64,000 nucleotides of DNA, from contig JAVYWK010000001.1 of the NCBI GenBank assembly GCA_038727095.1, positions 57,626-121,625 on the forward strand. Reading direction: 5' to 3'. This document shows positions 60,442-64,000 of the stretch, one piece after another. Below the pieces are notes generated by a model, which saw only the letters and a list, made by a program, of their open reading frames with translations, was not told the DNA's origin and searched no databases. Each line of letters begins with the position of its first letter. Within the stretch, counting starts at the first letter, position 1. This DNA is from Thermofilaceae archaeon. GTDB taxonomy: Archaea > Thermoproteota > Thermoprotei > Thermofilales > Thermofilaceae. A program made the position numbers and the translations under genes.

Positions 60442-60837
60442 ATGTCCAACCTACGCATAACTGTGAAAAGGTTGAACGGTTCAACTGTAGTAGAAGCCGA
60501 AGTCTACCGTGATTGGGCCCCACTTAATTTTGAGATCATATCTGCGATTCTCCCAGCGAAGGCTAGAGCCTACACTCTTGATTCATACGCTGTATACTTT
60601 ACATTAGGAGTTAGAGTTCTCCTCGAAGACCTTTACGTATCGGCTAAGCAGGGCGATGTTATCGTAATACCCTACACAAACAGCATCGCTGTCGTGCTAA
60701 ACGACGTGGAGAAAATACGTTTCAAGTCGACCTTAATCGGTAAAGTTACTAGCCATCTTGATAACCTTAAGGGCTTAAAGAAGGGTGAGCCAGTCGTCAT
60801 TGATAAACTCCCACCCAGGTCAAGGGTGTCGCAATGA
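60442..60837 (+). CDS. Cyclophilin-like fold protein
   Basis: APLN...ILP...VYF...GDV...IG pattern. Confidence 0.6.
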   Translation: MSNLRITVKRLNGSTVVEAEVYRDWAPLNFEIISAILPAKARAYTLDSYAVYFTLGVRVLLEDLYVSAKQGDVIVIPYTNSIAVVLNDVEKIRFKSTLIGKVTSHLDNLKGLKKGEPVVIDKLPPRSRVSQ

Positions 60838-61184
60838 TTGGCGAGAAAGCTGTGTGCATAAAGTTAAGTAGTATATCGGACTTGGCCAGGTTAGCCTCAG
60901 CGTTGGTGACAATGACCAGCTCCGTGTATCTCATCCACTTTAACCATAACGGTAAGCACTACTACGGTCTTTTCGCTACTTTCAGAGATTACTACAGATA
61001 CTATGGGATACCTATCCTCTACTACGTGGAGCAGGACGTGCCGCTGAAAGGCAAGTATCTTGCCATCAAAGTTGATGAAAATGGGGAGAGAGTTGAGAGC
61101 CTCATAGGGGTTAGGGCCGGGTGGATATGCGTCCCTATCGTATCGCTTGATCGAAAACCAGATTTTATCGACATGGAGGTGTGA
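60834..61184 (+). CDS. Conserved crenarchaeal hypothetical protein
   Basis: DLARL...FRDYYRYYGIPILYY; overlaps the upstream stop. Confidence 0.75.
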   Translation: MIGEKAVCIKLSSISDLARLASALVTMTSSVYLIHFNHNGKHYYGLFATFRDYYRYYGIPILYYVEQDVPLKGKYLAIKVDENGERVESLIGVRAGWICVPIVSLDRKPDFIDMEV

Positions 61185-61187
61185 GCG

Positions 61188-61460
61188 GTGAGCCTCGTCG
61201 AACTCATACCTCTACTCAACTCAGTTGCGTGTCTAACACTTACGATTGCTATCGTAGTGGCGTTTAGGGATCGTGGGTTAAAGCAGCAGCTTAGAGCTTT
61301 GAGAATACTTGTCAGCTACATTACAATGACGCTCTTAATGAATCTATACATGGTGAGTGTCAGCGGGACAAACCTTCAGCAGATCTCATTGGTTCTTTCC
61401 GGCGCAACTATTATCCTACTTTGGATAACTGTTTATAAACTATGGGCGAAAGGAGAGTAA
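61188..61460 (+). CDS. Small membrane protein
   Basis: Three hydrophobic segments; GGAGGTG RBS upstream. Confidence 0.7.
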   Translation: MSLVELIPLLNSVACLTLTIAIVVAFRDRGLKQQLRALRILVSYITMTLLMNLYMVSVSGTNLQQISLVLSGATIILLWITVYKLWAKGE

Positions 61461-61524
61461 AATATTCAAGCACTCCTAAAATAATGAATTAAAATAAATG
61501 TTTTTGGTTGGCTATGTTTACTTC

Positions 61525-61803
61525 TTAGAGCTTCCTTTCAAGCACTATCTCGATCGTTGACACGATTCTTTCCTTGCCTGGTTCGCCGACTTTTTCGCTG
61601 CCTATCTTGATAGCGGAGATGTCGACCTGCCCCGCAAGAAACCGGGTTCTCACGATTTCGGCCGCATCGACAGCCTTCGATATCGTTCTCCCTCTAGCTT
61701 TGAGAGAAACGCGCTTAGCTCCCTGGTTGAACTGTATCACGGTTGCTAGTACGTAGTTCATAACCGACTTCTGCCCTATCAAGATGCTGCTTTCTTCGGC
61801 CAT
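61525..61803 (-). CDS. albA: Chromatin protein Alba
   Basis: [30 protein letters not shown]. Confidence 0.96.
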   Translation of the reverse strand: MAEESSILIGQKSVMNYVLATVIQFNQGAKRVSLKARGRTISKAVDAAEIVRTRFLAGQVDISAIKIGSEKVGEPGKERIVSTIEIVLERKL

Positions 61804-61929
61804 TCACCGGCACCTCTGGTTTTTGGCAGGCCCTCCTCTACCCTATTCTTTTATCCTTTACGGAGCAGAATGAAAAGTCGTACAAAATAAAAACTATTTT
61901 ATGCTTTATTAGTTTTTTAATGTTAGAAA

Positions 61930-62439
61930 TTATTCTATTTTCACTTTTACTCCTGATGGTTTCTTACCTTTTTCCACTTTTTCTACGGTAATTGTTAGCA
62001 CACCATTCTTGTAGCTAGCTTTTGCCGTTTCTGGGCGAATCCTAGCAGGTAGTTTAACTGACTTAAAGTATTTTCGTTCACCTCTTTCAGCAGAGATTCT
62101 GATCTCTGTCTCAGTGACCTCTACGGATATATCCTCTTTCTCCACGCCCGGGATGTCTACGATTACGCGTACAATGTCTTCTTCCTCGATCACATCCGTG
62201 AATGGCTCAATAGATTCCGCTATGCGAGGCCGGACGCCAGGTCTAATGTTTCCCCACTCCCTGACGCGTGGGACTCCGTCAGGGCCAATCGTAACGGAGA
62301 AGCCGTAGTAGTAGGGTCCAATCACCCTCCTTCCGCTCTTGAAGGTTTCGAAGCTCTCCTTCATCATTTCGTCTATTAGCCTGTCCATCTCCTCGAATAG
62401 CCTTCTTGTTCTGCGTAACCATTCATCAAATTCCGACAT
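61930..62439 (-). CDS. hsp20: Small heat shock protein Hsp20
   Basis: YYGFSVTIGPDG, DIPGV.KEDI, ASYKNGVL. Confidence 0.94.
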   Translation of the reverse strand: MSEFDEWLRRTRRLFEEMDRLIDEMMKESFETFKSGRRVIGPYYYGFSVTIGPDGVPRVREWGNIRPGVRPRIAESIEPFTDVIEEEDIVRVIVDIPGVEKEDISVEVTETEIRISAERGERKYFKSVKLPARIRPETAKASYKNGVLTITVEKVEKGKKPSGVKVKIE

Positions 62440-62526
62440 GCAGATCTCGTCAAAAAGCAACCTAGCTTTAAATATTTTTTCAAATACGAGTGAGAATACA
62501 TTTAAGCGGATAAGAACTGAAGACCC

Positions 62527-62883
62527 GTGGCAGAAGGCTCGAGCGTGCGCTTTAGGGCGATCGTGACGAATATTTCAATAGTTGATACACCGTGGGGGGA
62601 GAGAGTAGTTAAGGTGGATTTGACGGAGGAGCGAGAAACGCCAGGGGCTGTAGTAGCAACAACTGATCAATCCGAAATTGCGCGAGAGCTGGCCCCCATC
62701 GTTTCTCAGATACTTCGCGCTATGCCGTTTTTCGGCGTAGCCGGGAAAGCACGGTTGCCACGTCTTTCCCTTTACTTGACGGAGGAGGAATGGGAACGCT
62801 TGATAGATCGTCCTACGATAGGCGATCTAATGGAAGTAGAGATAGCTAAAGGAATACTTAGGATCAGAAAGGAACCTATCTGA
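62527..62883 (+). CDS. Arcadin-1-like protein
   Basis: [13 protein letters not shown]...[11 protein letters not shown]...[11 protein letters not shown]...IGD matches the arcadin-1 pattern as recalled. Confidence 0.78.
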   Translation: MAEGSSVRFRAIVTNISIVDTPWGERVVKVDLTEERETPGAVVATTDQSEIARELAPIVSQILRAMPFFGVAGKARLPRLSLYLTEEEWERLIDRPTIGDLMEVEIAKGILRIRKEPI

Positions 62884-63133
62884 TTTCAAGATAGCTAAGG
62901 GGGATGTCCTGGTAATCTCCGCTTAAGGTCCACCTCCTAATCACCATCGGTAGAAACTTTAACTTAAGCTCCAATGCAGCGATCTCGATGGGGTCTTTTA
63001 GCCCTAACTCTTCCACTGGAACTAGCGGTGGCGCTCCCAGTGACAACTGTAGGGCTCTCGCGCCTATGATTCGAGCTTTCTCGTATCTTGTGAGCCAGGG
63101 AGGTCCTATCCGGATCGAAAAACCCGTTGGCAC
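62876..63133 (-). CDS. rpoK: RNA polymerase subunit K (Rpo6)
   Basis: [22 protein letters not shown]; start inferred. Confidence 0.93.
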   Translation of the reverse strand: MPTGFSIRIGPPWLTRYEKARIIGARALQLSLGAPPLVPVEELGLKDPIEIAALELKLKFLPMVIRRWTLSGDYQDIPLSYLEIR

Positions 63134-63194
63134 ACTCGGCGCGGGTGAAAGGGGGATATAAAAACCTTCATAATTTATAGCGGAGGGGAAGGAT

Positions 63195-64000
63195 CTAATC
63201 AAAGCCGCTAGTTCCTGATTCCTCTTCCTCTCTCTCTTTCTTCTCTTCACCCTTCTTCTCTTTTGGCGGAGCTGCTGCAATGATGTCATCGATTCTCATG
63301 ATCATTACCGCTGCTTCAGTAGCTGACTTTACGACCTGCTTCTTAACCAATACCGATTCTATAATGTTCAGCTTGAACATGTCCGCAATCTTGCTGTTTA
63401 TCACGTCGACGCCCACCCATTTCTCACCTTCGCTGTGCCGCTTCTTAAGCTCCGTAATTACATCGACCGGTTCCATGCCCGCCGTCTGAGCCAGTATAGC
63501 GGGGATCACTTCAAGAGCCTCTGCATACTTAAGAACAGCTAGCTGCTCTTTACTCGGTAGCTTGCGGGCGAATTCCGCCAACCTGAGGGCCAGCTCAATC
63601 TCCACCGCTCCACCTCCAGCAACTATCTTGGGCTCCCTGATCACGTTCCTAACGACGCTTAGAGCATCGTGTACAGCTCGCTCAGCTTCATCTACAATGT
63701 GCTCAGCGCCCCCTCTGACTAGGATGCTGACGGCTTTGGGGTTGGGGCAGCCTTCGACGAAAACCATCTTCTCGTCAGCCACCTTCCTCTCCTCAACCAG
63801 CTCCGCGTAACCCAGCACATCGGGGCTAATATCGTCAACATTGGTTACGATCTTGCCTCCGGTGGCTCGCGCTAGCTTTTCCATGTCGCTCTTCTTCACT
63901 CTCCTAACTGCTAGGATGCCAGCCTTCGCCAAGTAGTACTGAGCCAAGTCGTCAATACCCTTCTGGCAGATCACCACATTCGCACCAGCAGCCTTAATCT
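63195..64000 (-). CDS. ths: Thermosome subunit (3' part)
   Basis: [29 protein letters not shown]. Confidence 0.96.
   Translation of the reverse strand, partial: IKAAGANVVICQKGIDDLAQYYLAKAGILAVRRVKKSDMEKLARATGGKIVTNVDDISPDVLGYAELVEERKVADEKMVFVEGCPNPKAVSILVRGGAEHIVDEAERAVHDALSVVRNVIREPKIVAGGGAVEIELALRLAEFARKLPSKEQLAVLKYAEALEVIPAILAQTAGMEPVDVITELKKRHSEGEKWVGVDVINSKIADMFKLNIIESVLVKKQVVKSATEAAVMIMRIDDIIAAAPPKEKKGEEKKEREEEESGTSGFD

Overview
Core-genome window from a hyperthermophilic crenarchaeon. Thermofilales (Thermofilum-like) is the best fit, based on crenarchaeal 16S-23S rRNA genes with no spacer tRNA or 5S, multi-intron tRNAs, a crenactin/arcadin locus and a pyrrolysine-free MtmB homologue. 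It holds one rRNA operon on the minus strand, five intron-containing tRNAs, at least two C/D-box guide RNAs with targets traceable in the rRNA of this window, and about 60 mostly housekeeping CDS. The most unusual items are: (1) a GC-rich four-gene unit of ABC exporter-DUF1854, non-Pyl MtmB, SAF protein and divergent UxaA; (2) two near-identical inverted tRNA-Gly genes that both carry C33 instead of the near-universal U33; (3) a CdvA-like PRC-barrel protein in a lineage that uses crenactin; (4) a dispersed degenerate repeat present in two copies; (5) an unexplained structured RNA candidate of about 100 nt beside a short TFB paralogue. All family calls come from motif recognition by eye. No searches were run.
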